Shown here piece by piece: positions 29,045 through 38,388 of a stretch of 64,000 nt of DNA; within the stretch, counting starts at the first letter, position 1, and each line of letters begins with the position of its first letter. Under the pieces are notes generated by a model. That model had not been told where the DNA came from, did no database searches, and was given only the letters and a program-made list of their open reading frames with translations. The stretch spans positions 103,089-167,088 of the forward strand of contig CAWGZR010000012.1 of the NCBI GenBank assembly GCA_963827165.1, given 5' to 3'. The stretch comes from Candidatus Bathyarchaeota archaeon. Lineage in GTDB: Archaea > Thermoproteota > Bathyarchaeia > Bathyarchaeales > Bathycorpusculaceae. Made by a program: the position numbers and the translations under genes.

Positions 29045-29083
29045 TTCATAATATTTATGAACATATCTTAAATATATTTTAAT
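29045..29083 (+). promoter_or_regulatory. Island operator + TATA (copy 8)
   Basis: TTCATAA-TAT-TTATGAA-CATATCTTAAATATA-TTTTAAT. Confidence 0.8.
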
Positions 29084-29203
29084 TCTTGTATACATAATTT
29101 TTAATAAAATTCAAGTTGTTGAAAATATGAAAAAAGTCAATCCAAAAAAGAAGGAATTCATGAGAGAGGAAATTGTGTGCTTCAAACGTGTGTAGGTGAA
29201 AAA

Positions 29204-29302
29204 ATGAGGAAAACAGCCCGCATACCTTATGTTGCATTTTGCACAAGTGCGTTTTCGATAGCTTTTGCTTATTACGCAATAAAATATCGAAAGTTCACAT
29301 AG
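29204..29302 (+). CDS. 32-aa single-TM microprotein
   Basis: GGTGA RBS; MRKTARIPYVAFCTSAFSIAFAYYAIKYRKFT. Confidence 0.5.
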   Translation: MRKTARIPYVAFCTSAFSIAFAYYAIKYRKFT

Positions 29303-29393
29303 GAACCGTTACCAAGAAGTTCAGGGTTATGATCAAGTCAACTTGAGCTAAATTTCGCGGTACAAAAAATGGAAAAAGAGGTGATAATGAAAA

Positions 29394-29573
29394 ATGATTT
29401 CAAGAGATTGCGATGGATGTCCCATATTAAGGGAGTGTGCTAAACGTTACCAAAAAGCCTTCAAGGGTGACAAGGTCTATTGCCCGGATGGAACTGCGCA
29501 TTTAATTGATGATTCCTCCACCCCTCAAGGCGTGGATTCATGCCCTGTTTGTTTGGAACTGTTCCAAAAATAA
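29394..29573 (+). CDS. 59-aa Cys-rich putative metal-binding microprotein
   Basis: GAGGTGA RBS; MISRDCDGCPILRECAKRYQKAFKGDKVYCPDGTAHLIDDSSTPQGVDSCPVCLELFQK. Confidence 0.6.
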   Translation: MISRDCDGCPILRECAKRYQKAFKGDKVYCPDGTAHLIDDSSTPQGVDSCPVCLELFQK

Positions 29574-29847
29574 TTAAGCATCGAATATACTTCATATTGA
29601 AATTCAAATCAACTTGAACACAGCGTTAAATGCCTTTTAGCAAATTCATGCCCCACCAATTACTATATAGGTGCTTCAAGAAACTAAAGGATATACCATT
29701 TGGTATTTTTTTTCTAAGATTGTGTTGCGTTGAAATCGCAAACAAAAGTTAAAACCTTCTACCTCCAGTTTGCATGTTTCCTCTTCAGCGTTAACGAAGT
29801 TTGCTATGAATTCTCGCCATTGAAACTCACCTATGTCTCAGAAGCGC

Positions 29848-30345
29848 TTAGCTTTTTTCTTTAACTTCCTTTATGATAGCGTCTAACTCATTGGTGAATG
29901 AAACATCATACATTTTCTTGTTATCATCAAAAACATCTAAAAAGACATCATTGGTCGCCAGGTCTTTAACCCATTTGCTGTAATAATCGATCCAGTCCTT
30001 TTCAGGTACGCCAAACCAAACTCTTTCCAACAGTGCTAGAGTTGAACTGAAAAAGCTAAAGGCCTTTTTTTCGGCTTCACTATATTTGTCCCATTTTTTC
30101 GGTTTTCCGTTACCTCTGTAATATATTTCTAAGATTTCTGGGTGGTCAATTAACATGGATGAGGTGGCGGAGAAATCACTCATTAGTTTTTCATAAGTAT
30201 TGTATTTTGTTGCTTTTCGTTGGAGGTACACCTGAATTGCCACAACGACTAGGGAGATTACTATAGCAATGTCAGTCGCAAGAGTAACTGTCGCTTGTAC
30301 GTCAGAGGATATTAATGGCATCTCTTTAAAACCCCGAAGTCGCAT
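29848..30345 (-). CDS. Hypothetical protein with N-terminal TM helix
   Basis: 165-aa ORF, hydrophobic IAIVISLVVVAIQVYL followed by a helical domain. Confidence 0.7.
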   Translation of the reverse strand: MRLRGFKEMPLISSDVQATVTLATDIAIVISLVVVAIQVYLQRKATKYNTYEKLMSDFSATSSMLIDHPEILEIYYRGNGKPKKWDKYSEAEKKAFSFFSSTLALLERVWFGVPEKDWIDYYSKWVKDLATNDVFLDVFDDNKKMYDVSFTNELDAIIKEVKEKS

Positions 30346-30734
30346 TAAGGCTTTTTAACCTTTGATTTTATTTTAGTCATGTTTTGGCTTTTAACGAGTT
30401 GTGCGCTATTGGTACGTCAATGGTCTTCTTAATTTTGAGGTTTATAGCTTGTGCGCGAATTAGCTGGCCTTCTTGCATGCAGTGCACGTCTTGTAAGCGA
30501 TGCAATCCTCCGAGCAGGAGATGGCTGTTTTGGTTTGGCAATCCAAAATTATTGTACTAAGCCACCTTGCCAAATATTGCTCTTAGCGCTTGTTGCGCGC
30601 ATGAATTGCCATACCCCGTAAACATGATGGGTAAGGTAAACAAGCTTAAATACGCGAATAATGGGATTTCCAAATCCAACATGCCATATCATCCTATTTT
30701 TGTTTTGCTCTGAAACCAAATGTTAAGGATAAAG

Positions 30735-30783
30735 ATATAAAACGATTTGAGATATATTCAGAAATATTAAGAATAGTTATGAA
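30735..30783 (-). promoter_or_regulatory. Island operator, three-heptamer form + TATA (copy 9)
   Basis: Minus strand TTCATAA-CTA-TTCTTAA-TAT-TTCTGAA-TATATCTCAAATCGT-TTTATAT; parallels 27725. Confidence 0.65.
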
Positions 30784-31431
30784 CTAAAAGTTATTTCTCA
30801 CTCCTCTCATTACATGAGATTATCTTTTTATCAAATTTCATCACCAAGTTTTTTCGGTCAAGGCAGTATTGCTTAAAAAAGAGTTCACAGGTGATTTCAC
30901 CAAAGTCACCCAAACCACCTCCCCTCAACCACTTTTCCACGCTTTTATACGATGTCGGTTCGTTTTTCTCATAAAAAAGGGAGAACCCGAGGTGATATCA
31001 TCCATTGGGTCTTCGGTAAATCTCAACGACTGCAAACCGATCTTAATTCATGAAAAGATTGTTTAAGATTCGACTCACCAAGAACCCGCCCCGGTACTGT
31101 GGTAAAGCCAGGTAGAGTCACAGGCTCCCGTTATCCCAAGTTTTTTCACGTCGTTTCTCTCACTTTGTTATGTATCTATTTTGGATGTTCATTTTAGGCA
31201 ATCGCCCGAGAAGAGACGTCTTCTTTTGTCTATAGTGACACCCTAAACGCAGTAAAGGAATACGGCAAAATAATTTAGTCTTAAATAGAGGTTGTTTTTT
31301 CCGAATTGCTGCATTTCAGATTAGGGAAACAAGAACAAAGTAGTTAGCATAGGGTTAATAAATGGTGGTTGAGTATCGAAAATTTTTGTATGTCCATGAT
31401 TACAGATTATTTTTGTAAATTATTTCGGTTT

Positions 31432-31470
31432 TTCATAAAAGTTATGAACAAGTATTAACTATGTTTATAT
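31432..31470 (+). promoter_or_regulatory. Island operator + TATA (copy 10)
   Basis: TTCATAA-AAG-TTATGAA-CAAGTATTAACTATG-TTTATAT. Confidence 0.85.
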
Positions 31471-31514
31471 TTAATTGAACATATTAATTGATAAAAATTA
31501 AATTGGTGTTACTA

Positions 31515-31622
31515 TTGAAAAAAGTATCAAAAATTACGTGCAACATTGAAGAACTGATCATCCTAGACACTCGAGGACAACCGCACAGCATTTTCCAAAA
31601 AAGAGTCACGGGGGCAAAGTAG
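31515..31622 (+). CDS. 35-aa leader microprotein abutting the APC permease start
   Basis: TTG after GGTG: MKKVSKITCNIEELIILDTRGQPHSIFQKRVTGAK; its TAG is followed directly by the permease ATG; homolog at 19427. Confidence 0.7.
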   Translation: MKKVSKITCNIEELIILDTRGQPHSIFQKRVTGAK

Positions 31623-33134
31623 ATGGCCACTAACCAACAAAATGCATCCACAACTGAAATGAAGAAGACCTTAAGCCTCGGAGGACTAACTATCAACGCC
31701 ATGGCGTTAATTGCCCCAGGCGCATTTCTCTGGCTTACGTTCCAATTACAAGCAGCTCAAGTAGACCCCTCAGGAGTCTCAACAGCTCCAGACATATGGA
31801 CCGGTTTGGCCTTAGCATTATTATTGTCTTTCTTGACCGCCGCAGCCTATTCATTCCTATCCAATCGTTACCCAGATGCTGGTGCAGGCAGCTCATACTA
31901 CTTCGCCCAACGTGCTTTGCTTGACAGAGGCAGCAGCAACAAATCCGCTCGAAACGCAAAATTCATTGTAGGCTGGCTTTCGCACCTCTACTATTGGGTT
32001 TATCCAGGTGTCATGGTCGGAATGATGGGCTTCTTCGTAACATATATTCTTTCGACAGTGGGCATAGCTATATCCCCGATAACCGAAGTTGCAATCGTGG
32101 TTGCATTTGCTGTTCTCGTAGGTTTCATAGCTTTCCGAGGAATAAACGGCTCAACAAAAACAAACCTCCTGATCAACATAGCGCAAATCGGCATGCTTGT
32201 CGGCGTAACTGGTCTTGCATTAGCATATCGCTTCATAAACCCTGATCATCTAACGTACACCTTCTCAAACCCTGTTGGCCCTCTAATACCGAGCAGCGCA
32301 AGCCACATGCTCTTCCAGGCAACAATTGCAATACTTGTCCTAGTCGGCTTCGAATCCGTAACTGCATTTACTGGTGAAGCGAAAAACCCAAAAGATGTCC
32401 CAAAAGCCATTATCCTATCACTTGTCATTCAAGGCGCCTTCTGCTATTTGCTAGGGTTCTACGGTGTACAAGCATGGATGAACTCTCACTACAGCTTTGC
32501 AGCGGCAGCAGCTTCCAACGCTCCAATTGGTGACATGATAATTCAATCGGTTAACGGATTGTTCGGAGGCGGCGGCTTCATCGTTATGCTTGTCGTCGCT
32601 GCAATCGTTGCAACCGCAATACTTGGGACAACACTGTCGTGCATGAACACAGGTGTAAGAGTAACATATGCTATCAGCCGCGACACTGAGGTCCCAGAAC
32701 CACTCGGAAAACTCAACCCACGATACGGAACTCCCGCTATTGGCGTATGGGTAATGACCATCGTTACAGCTGGAATAGGTGCCTTTGGAGTCCTGTCTCT
32801 AACAAATCTCACTGCTATGACGTTGCTATCTAACTTCGGAACATTCCTACTGTACGGTGTAACTTGCATAATAGCAGTCTATGCTTTGGCACGAGAAAAA
32901 CGCTCAATCCTCACCAAATACATCATACCCATTGTAGGCTTTGGAGCAAACGTTGTCATGCTAATCACTGTAGTCTGGCTCGGTGTGATAGGTGGAGGCA
33001 GCACGCAAACAGCAGCACTAATGGCATTAATAATAACGGCAATCTGGATGGCAGCAGGAATCGGATACTTTGTACTGAACTCACGAAGTAAAGAATCAAG
33101 GATCCTACCCTTTCCCGGCGGCAAAGCGAAATAA
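31623..33134 (+). CDS. APC family amino acid permease
   Basis: About 12 TM; same motifs as 20041..21603. Confidence 0.92.
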   Translation: MATNQQNASTTEMKKTLSLGGLTINAMALIAPGAFLWLTFQLQAAQVDPSGVSTAPDIWTGLALALLLSFLTAAAYSFLSNRYPDAGAGSSYYFAQRALLDRGSSNKSARNAKFIVGWLSHLYYWVYPGVMVGMMGFFVTYILSTVGIAISPITEVAIVVAFAVLVGFIAFRGINGSTKTNLLINIAQIGMLVGVTGLALAYRFINPDHLTYTFSNPVGPLIPSSASHMLFQATIAILVLVGFESVTAFTGEAKNPKDVPKAIILSLVIQGAFCYLLGFYGVQAWMNSHYSFAAAAASNAPIGDMIIQSVNGLFGGGGFIVMLVVAAIVATAILGTTLSCMNTGVRVTYAISRDTEVPEPLGKLNPRYGTPAIGVWVMTIVTAGIGAFGVLSLTNLTAMTLLSNFGTFLLYGVTCIIAVYALAREKRSILTKYIIPIVGFGANVVMLITVVWLGVIGGGSTQTAALMALIITAIWMAAGIGYFVLNSRSKESRILPFPGGKAK

Positions 33135-33297
33135 AGATAAAGACAATGCATAAAAAAGCTAGTCCAATAAACAATTGGCTAGCCTCATTTCCAAAACATT
33201 TTTATTTGTTCCTTTAAGTTCATTTTGCTCTAACATCCATCTAACTAAGAGGTAAATAGACGAATAATCGTTCGATTAACCAAGGTTTGGTTAAGAT

Positions 33298-33610
33298 ATG
33301 TTTGCCTTATTCTTAATACCATTAATTTTTGGAGTTGCTGCCATATCGACTGCAGCATATATAATTCGCTGGATCTTAAAACATGATGCTGGCTCTGAAG
33401 AAATACAAAAGGTCGGCGGCTACATAATTAATGGAACCCGAACATACCTTAACATGCTAACAAAGACAGTCCTTCTTGTAACACCAATCTTCGCAGTTTT
33501 GATGTATTTTCTGTACCAAGATTGGAGAGTCTCAGTTGTTTTCTTTTTCGGCATAGTTCTCTCCTAAGAAGCAGGATACATCGGCATGAATGTTGCCGTA
33601 AGAACAAAAT
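33298..33610 (+). pseudogene. N-terminal fragment of a membrane-bound H+/Na+-translocating pyrophosphatase (hppA-like)
   Basis: DAGSEEIQKVGGYIINGTRTYL... then TAA at 33565, with in-frame continuation EAGYIGMNVAVRT (HppA motif AGYIGM..AVR.N); rest of gene absent. Confidence 0.75.
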
Positions 33611-33697
33611 GCGAGCACCACAAACATCAATCAAAGTTAGACGCTATTAAGTCAAACATCCAATTTTATAACTCTGGAGTTAACATATTTCCATATT

Positions 33698-33736
33698 ATC
33701 ATAAGTTTTATGAACAAATCTTAACTACGTTTAAAT
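33698..33736 (+). promoter_or_regulatory. Island operator + TATA (copy 11, glnA promoter)
   Basis: ATCATAA-GTT-TTATGAA-CAAATCTTAACTACG-TTTAAAT. Confidence 0.85.
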
Positions 33737-33790
33737 TTGTTCAAGGTTAGTTCTGGTAAACAAAGGTAATTAAATAAACGGTGAAATAAT

Positions 33791-35257
33791 ATGGAAAAAA
33801 ACGATTCGGTAAAAAAAGCAACAGAGACCCTAAAAACCAACAACGTAAGGTGGGTGCATTCCGCCTTCGTTGACATAAGAGGAATACTACAAGACATGGT
33901 CCTCCCCGCAAGGGATTATCTCAGCGGCGAAGCATTCACTGCCGGAATAGGTTTTGACGGTTCATCTGTTAGAGGCTTCAAATCCATTGAAGAATCAGAC
34001 ATGATTTACATGCCTGACCCAAAAACACTATCTATAATGCCTTGGGTAACTGACGAAAAACAAAAAAGCGCCATAATCCTCGGTGACGTCTACGAAGCTT
34101 ACGGCGGTAAAGAGCCATCAGTTGTCGATCCAAGAAGCTTTGTTGCAAAAAGAGCTGTCGCAGAAGCCAAAGCGATGGGTTACACAGGATTCTTTGCTCC
34201 TGAACTCGAATTCTTCGTTTTCTCCTCAATTGACCCTACTAAACTCACATGGGATCTTTGGGCCGCTCCAAAAAGCGGTGAAGGCGACGCTTGGGGAGCA
34301 CCAAGAGTCGTACCAAACTCGCCAGAAATCACTCCAGGCGGATTCGTAATGCGACCCAAAGAAGCATACTACCGAACCCCGCCAGAAGACACTACTGTTG
34401 AGTTCAGAAACGAAGTTTGTCAAGTTCTCGACGACAACTTTGGCTTAACTATTGAGAAACATCACCACGAAGTAGCGACGGTTGGTCAAGTGGAAATTGA
34501 CTATAAATACGGTGAACTTGTGGATACCGCGGACAGGGCGCTTTACTATAAATTCGTGGCCAAGAACATAGCTCACAATCGCGGATTAATAGCTACGTTC
34601 ATGCCTAAGCCAATCTACTTAGACAACGCCAGTGGTATGCACGTTCACCAATCGATTTGGTCAGGTGGAAAAACTGCTATGTATGATGAAGCTGATGACT
34701 ACGCTGAACTGAGCCAAATCGGCAGATACTATATTGGTGGATTGCTTGAACACGCCCGAGCCTTAACAGCCGTTTGTTGTCCAACCGTAAGCTCCTACAA
34801 ACGTTTAGTGCCTGGTTTCGAAGCTCCAATCTACGTGCTATGGTCTCGACGCAACCGCTCAGCTTTAGTCCGTGTACCATTATATTACAAAGGACCAGAA
34901 TTTGCTGCTCAAAAACGTGTCGAATATCGAGGTGCCGATCCATCATCCAACCCGTACTTGGCGTTTGCGTGTCTTTTGGCAGCTGGGCTTGATGGTGTTA
35001 AAAAGAAAATTGATCCTGGAGACCCTGTGGACGAAGACGTTTACAAACTCTCTGCTGAAAAACGTAAACAACTTGGCATAAAAGAGTTGCCTACAACGTT
35101 AAAAGAGGCGTTAGAGGAACTCAAAACCGATGAAGTGCTGCAGCGAACCCTTGGAAGCCACATATTTGACGCCTTTGTAGATATCAAAACCAACGACTGG
35201 AACCAGTACTGCCTCTACGTTTCACCATGGGAGATAATGAAATACCTTGATTACTAA
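33791..35257 (+). CDS. glnA: Glutamine synthetase type I
   Basis: FDGSSVRGF, PELEFF, HHHEVA..GQ.EI, ATFMPKP, SGMHVHQS, SYKRLVPGFEAP, NRSALVRVP, NPYLA. Confidence 0.97.
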   Translation: MEKNDSVKKATETLKTNNVRWVHSAFVDIRGILQDMVLPARDYLSGEAFTAGIGFDGSSVRGFKSIEESDMIYMPDPKTLSIMPWVTDEKQKSAIILGDVYEAYGGKEPSVVDPRSFVAKRAVAEAKAMGYTGFFAPELEFFVFSSIDPTKLTWDLWAAPKSGEGDAWGAPRVVPNSPEITPGGFVMRPKEAYYRTPPEDTTVEFRNEVCQVLDDNFGLTIEKHHHEVATVGQVEIDYKYGELVDTADRALYYKFVAKNIAHNRGLIATFMPKPIYLDNASGMHVHQSIWSGGKTAMYDEADDYAELSQIGRYYIGGLLEHARALTAVCCPTVSSYKRLVPGFEAPIYVLWSRRNRSALVRVPLYYKGPEFAAQKRVEYRGADPSSNPYLAFACLLAAGLDGVKKKIDPGDPVDEDVYKLSAEKRKQLGIKELPTTLKEALEELKTDEVLQRTLGSHIFDAFVDIKTNDWNQYCLYVSPWEIMKYLDY

Positions 35258-35290
35258 GCAAGCTATAAGCCAAAAAGACAGGGACTAAAT

Positions 35291-36271
35291 ATGGCACCCA
35301 ACAAATCAGAATATGAAAAGTTACTTCCAGAAATCCGAACGCTAACCGACGAAGTCGTCAAACAAAACATGGCTGACGGAATCCTGTTCTCAGCTGGAGT
35401 GGACACAAGCATAATTGCCTACTATGCAGTCAAATATAAGCCCAAAATCCCCGCTTTGACCCTGTCTTTTAAGCATGGCCAACCCAAAGACACCGAATAC
35501 GTTAAAAAAATGGTGGATTTCCTTCACCTTCAACATGAATTCCACACTTTTGACCGCGAAGACGTAGTGACTTCAGCAGAGAAAATCGTTGAGGTCCTTA
35601 AGATTTTTGATCCCATGGAGATAAGGAACGCTGTCTCAGTTTACATTGGCTTAACAATCGCAAAGATAGAGGGCATTAAAAGTGTTTTCACCGGAGATGG
35701 AGTAGACGAGCTTTTTGGTTATCCTTGGATGTGGCGTCTGTCTGAAACTGAACTTACGAAAAAATTCAAAGACATGTGGGGCGAAATGGGTTTCTCATCA
35801 ATTCCCATGGGCAAATCAATAGGCGTTGAAGTGAAGCCGCCTTTTCTAGACCCTTTGTTCATGGATTACGCCAAGAAACTGCCAAATAATTTGAAGATCA
35901 ACGAAGAAAACGGCGTGAAATACAGCAAATGGATCCTTCGCAAAGCATATGAAGATTTAATTCCAAAAGATGTAATTTGGCGACCAAAAGCTCCGTTGGA
36001 GCAAGGAACCGGCACTACTGTTCTTACAGATTACTTTGGCAAGGAAATTTCAGACAAAGAGTTTGCCGAGCGGAGGAAACAAGTCCTTTTGGATGACGAC
36101 GTTTTCATCACAAGCAAAGAGCAACTTTTTTACTATGATTTATTTAGGAAACACTTCGCAAAGCCCTCAAGCGTCTATAATGAAAGAATAGGCCAGCAAT
36201 GTCCGCAATGTAAAAGTTACGTGAAAACCGAGCTTGGATTCTGCAAAGTATGCGGAAACTATCCCATCTGA
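35291..36271 (+). CDS. Asparagine synthase C-terminal-domain protein (no glutaminase domain), C-terminal zinc ribbon
   Basis: PP-loop-like LFSAGVDTS, TGDGVDELFGY, PFLD, KWILRKA, WRPK; CPQC...CKVC. Confidence 0.85.
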   Translation: MAPNKSEYEKLLPEIRTLTDEVVKQNMADGILFSAGVDTSIIAYYAVKYKPKIPALTLSFKHGQPKDTEYVKKMVDFLHLQHEFHTFDREDVVTSAEKIVEVLKIFDPMEIRNAVSVYIGLTIAKIEGIKSVFTGDGVDELFGYPWMWRLSETELTKKFKDMWGEMGFSSIPMGKSIGVEVKPPFLDPLFMDYAKKLPNNLKINEENGVKYSKWILRKAYEDLIPKDVIWRPKAPLEQGTGTTVLTDYFGKEISDKEFAERRKQVLLDDDVFITSKEQLFYYDLFRKHFAKPSSVYNERIGQQCPQCKSYVKTELGFCKVCGNYPI

Positions 36272-36337
36272 AATTTCCTTTTCTTAAAATGTGTCTTAAA
36301 ATACATGTTTTTGGTTAACTCTTAGGTTCGTGAAAGT

Positions 36338-38014
36338 ATGTGTGGAATAGTGGGGATTTTTAACGTTTCTGAGCCGATGGATCAAGCAAGGGACAAATCG
36401 TTGCGGATGGCAACTAAAATCCGACATCGGGGACCTGATTGGAGCGGTATTTACAGCGACGATAAAGCGATTCTTGCGCATGAACGGCTCTCCATCGTTG
36501 ACGTTGAACACGGAGCGCAACCATTGTTTGACAAACTAAACGGCAACGTGTTGGCGGTGAACGGAGAAATATACAACCATATGCTTCTTCACGGGGAACT
36601 TAAGAAAGAGCACCAGTGGCAGACAAAATCCGACTGCGAAGTAATCCTATACCTTTACGATGAGTATGGAGCCGACTTCTTAAATATGTTAAATGGCATG
36701 TTCGCCTTCGTTTTGTACGATAAGGCAAAAGGATCGTTTTTCGTCGCAAGAGACCACATAGGCATCATCCCTCTCTATGTCGGTTGGGATGACAAAGGAA
36801 CCTTTTATGTAGCCAGTGAAATGAAAGCCCTAAACGACTACTGCACCACCATTAAAGAGTTCCCGCCTGGACAATATCTTTTGGGCAACGGCGGGGAAGA
36901 CTTTGTCAAATGGTATAAGCCTGAATGGGCAGAGAAAATTCCAACCAAAAAACTAGTTCTCTCGGACCTGAAAAAAGCCTTGGAGAAATCCGTAAGGGGC
37001 GAAATGATGTCTGACGTTCCTTACGGTGTTCTTATTTCTGGCGGGCTGGATTCTTCGCTGATTGCCGCTATCGCCTCGAAGTATAGAAAGAAAAGGGTCG
37101 AGTCTGGCGGCAAAGAGGAAGCATGGTGGCCAAGATTACACTCGTTCGCGGTAGGTTTAGCTGATTCGCCTGATTTGAAATACGCTAAAAAAGTGGCGGA
37201 TTACATTGGAACAGTGCATCATGAGATAATTTTTACTATACAGGAAGGCTTTGACGCTATACCTGACGTTATTTATCATTTGGAAACTTTTGATGTTACA
37301 ACCATTCGAGCTGCAACGCCCATGTATTTGATGGCGAGAAAAATAAAATCCATGGGGATAAAAATGGTTCTCTCTGGTGAAGGCGCAGACGAAGTCTTCG
37401 GCGGATACCTCTACTTCCACAAGGCACCAAACAGGCAAGAATTCTACGAAGAAACCGTACGCAAGCTCTTTATGCTAAGCAAATACGATTGCTTGCGAGC
37501 AAACAAATCAACCGCTGCGTGGGGAGTTGAAACCCGTGTGCCTTTTTTGGACAAGGAATTTTTGGATTTTGCCATGGGCTTTGAACCTGAAGAGAAAATG
37601 TGTTCGGGCGATAAAATCGAAAAATACGTGCTGCGAAAGGCATTTGAAGGTTACATTCCTGATGAGATTCTTTGGAGACAAAAAGAACAGTTCAGCGACG
37701 GCGTCGGCTACGGTTGGATCGATTACCTCAAAAAACACGCTGAAAGCGCCGTGACAGATGAGATGATGACGAATGCCAAAACAAAGTTTCCCCTTCAGAC
37801 CCCGTCGTCAAAGGAGGAGTACTATTACAGGCAGATCTTTGACAGCTACTTCACTTGCCCCACTGCCGCATTAACCGTGCCCGTAGGTCCAACGATTGCA
37901 TGTTCCACTCCAACAGCGTTTAGATGGAGCAAGGAATTTGCCAAAATGGCAGACCCTTCTGGCAGATCCGTAAAAGAACATGAACATGCATTGAACAAAA
38001 ACGAAAAAACTTGA
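36338..38014 (+). CDS. asnB: Asparagine synthetase B (glutamine-hydrolysing)
   Basis: MCGI, HRGPD, HERLSIVD, NGEIYN, SGGLDSS, SGEGADE, WRQKEQFSDG, DPSGR. Confidence 0.97.
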   Translation: MCGIVGIFNVSEPMDQARDKSLRMATKIRHRGPDWSGIYSDDKAILAHERLSIVDVEHGAQPLFDKLNGNVLAVNGEIYNHMLLHGELKKEHQWQTKSDCEVILYLYDEYGADFLNMLNGMFAFVLYDKAKGSFFVARDHIGIIPLYVGWDDKGTFYVASEMKALNDYCTTIKEFPPGQYLLGNGGEDFVKWYKPEWAEKIPTKKLVLSDLKKALEKSVRGEMMSDVPYGVLISGGLDSSLIAAIASKYRKKRVESGGKEEAWWPRLHSFAVGLADSPDLKYAKKVADYIGTVHHEIIFTIQEGFDAIPDVIYHLETFDVTTIRAATPMYLMARKIKSMGIKMVLSGEGADEVFGGYLYFHKAPNRQEFYEETVRKLFMLSKYDCLRANKSTAAWGVETRVPFLDKEFLDFAMGFEPEEKMCSGDKIEKYVLRKAFEGYIPDEILWRQKEQFSDGVGYGWIDYLKKHAESAVTDEMMTNAKTKFPLQTPSSKEEYYYRQIFDSYFTCPTAALTVPVGPTIACSTPTAFRWSKEFAKMADPSGRSVKEHEHALNKNEKT

Positions 38015-38121
38015 TTCAGTTGTTTTTGTTTTTCCATCTTAAAGCCCAACTAACTATAAGGTACAAGAATTTTAGTTGTGCTTCCAATTTTTCTGATTTT
38101 TCCTATAAAATAGTTCAGATT

Positions 38122-38160
38122 TTAATAAAAAGTGTGAACAAATCACAATCAACCTTATAT
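38122..38160 (+). promoter_or_regulatory. Island operator (degenerate) + TATA (copy 12)
   Basis: TTAATAA-AAA-GTGTGAA-CAAATCACAATCAAC-CTTATAT. Confidence 0.65.
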
Positions 38161-38388
38161 AATTGGGTTCATACCCTATGTAAAAAGGAGAAAAAGAAGG
38201 CTCTAAATGCAATACATAAAATCAGAAATCTCTGATTGTGTTAAAGAAGCGAGTTGTTTTTCAGCCTTCTTTATCAAACTAGGCGCAATCTTGAAAGAGG
38301 TTCCCTAGTCTCCGCTCGGAATCGATAATTATGTTAAACCTAAATTGTGTTTCTATGTGTTCTGTTGCGTTGTTGGAGGCGGCATAAA

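Noticed and set aside
30869-31380. ORFs or ncRNA in the GC-richer patch
   Set aside because: The minus-strand frames I read are interrupted, the one plus-strand track ORF has no recognisable motif, and I could not recognise an RNA fold; possibly a decayed gene.
33565-33567. Stop-codon readthrough or recoding in the hppA-like fragment
   Set aside because: The stop is TAA and the gene is truncated soon after, so simple decay explains it.
33698-33714. glnA operator as an NrpR or GlnR/TnrA box
   Set aside because: It matches neither GGAA-N6-TTCC nor TGTNA-N7-TNACA, and it lies upstream of TATA rather than over the start site.
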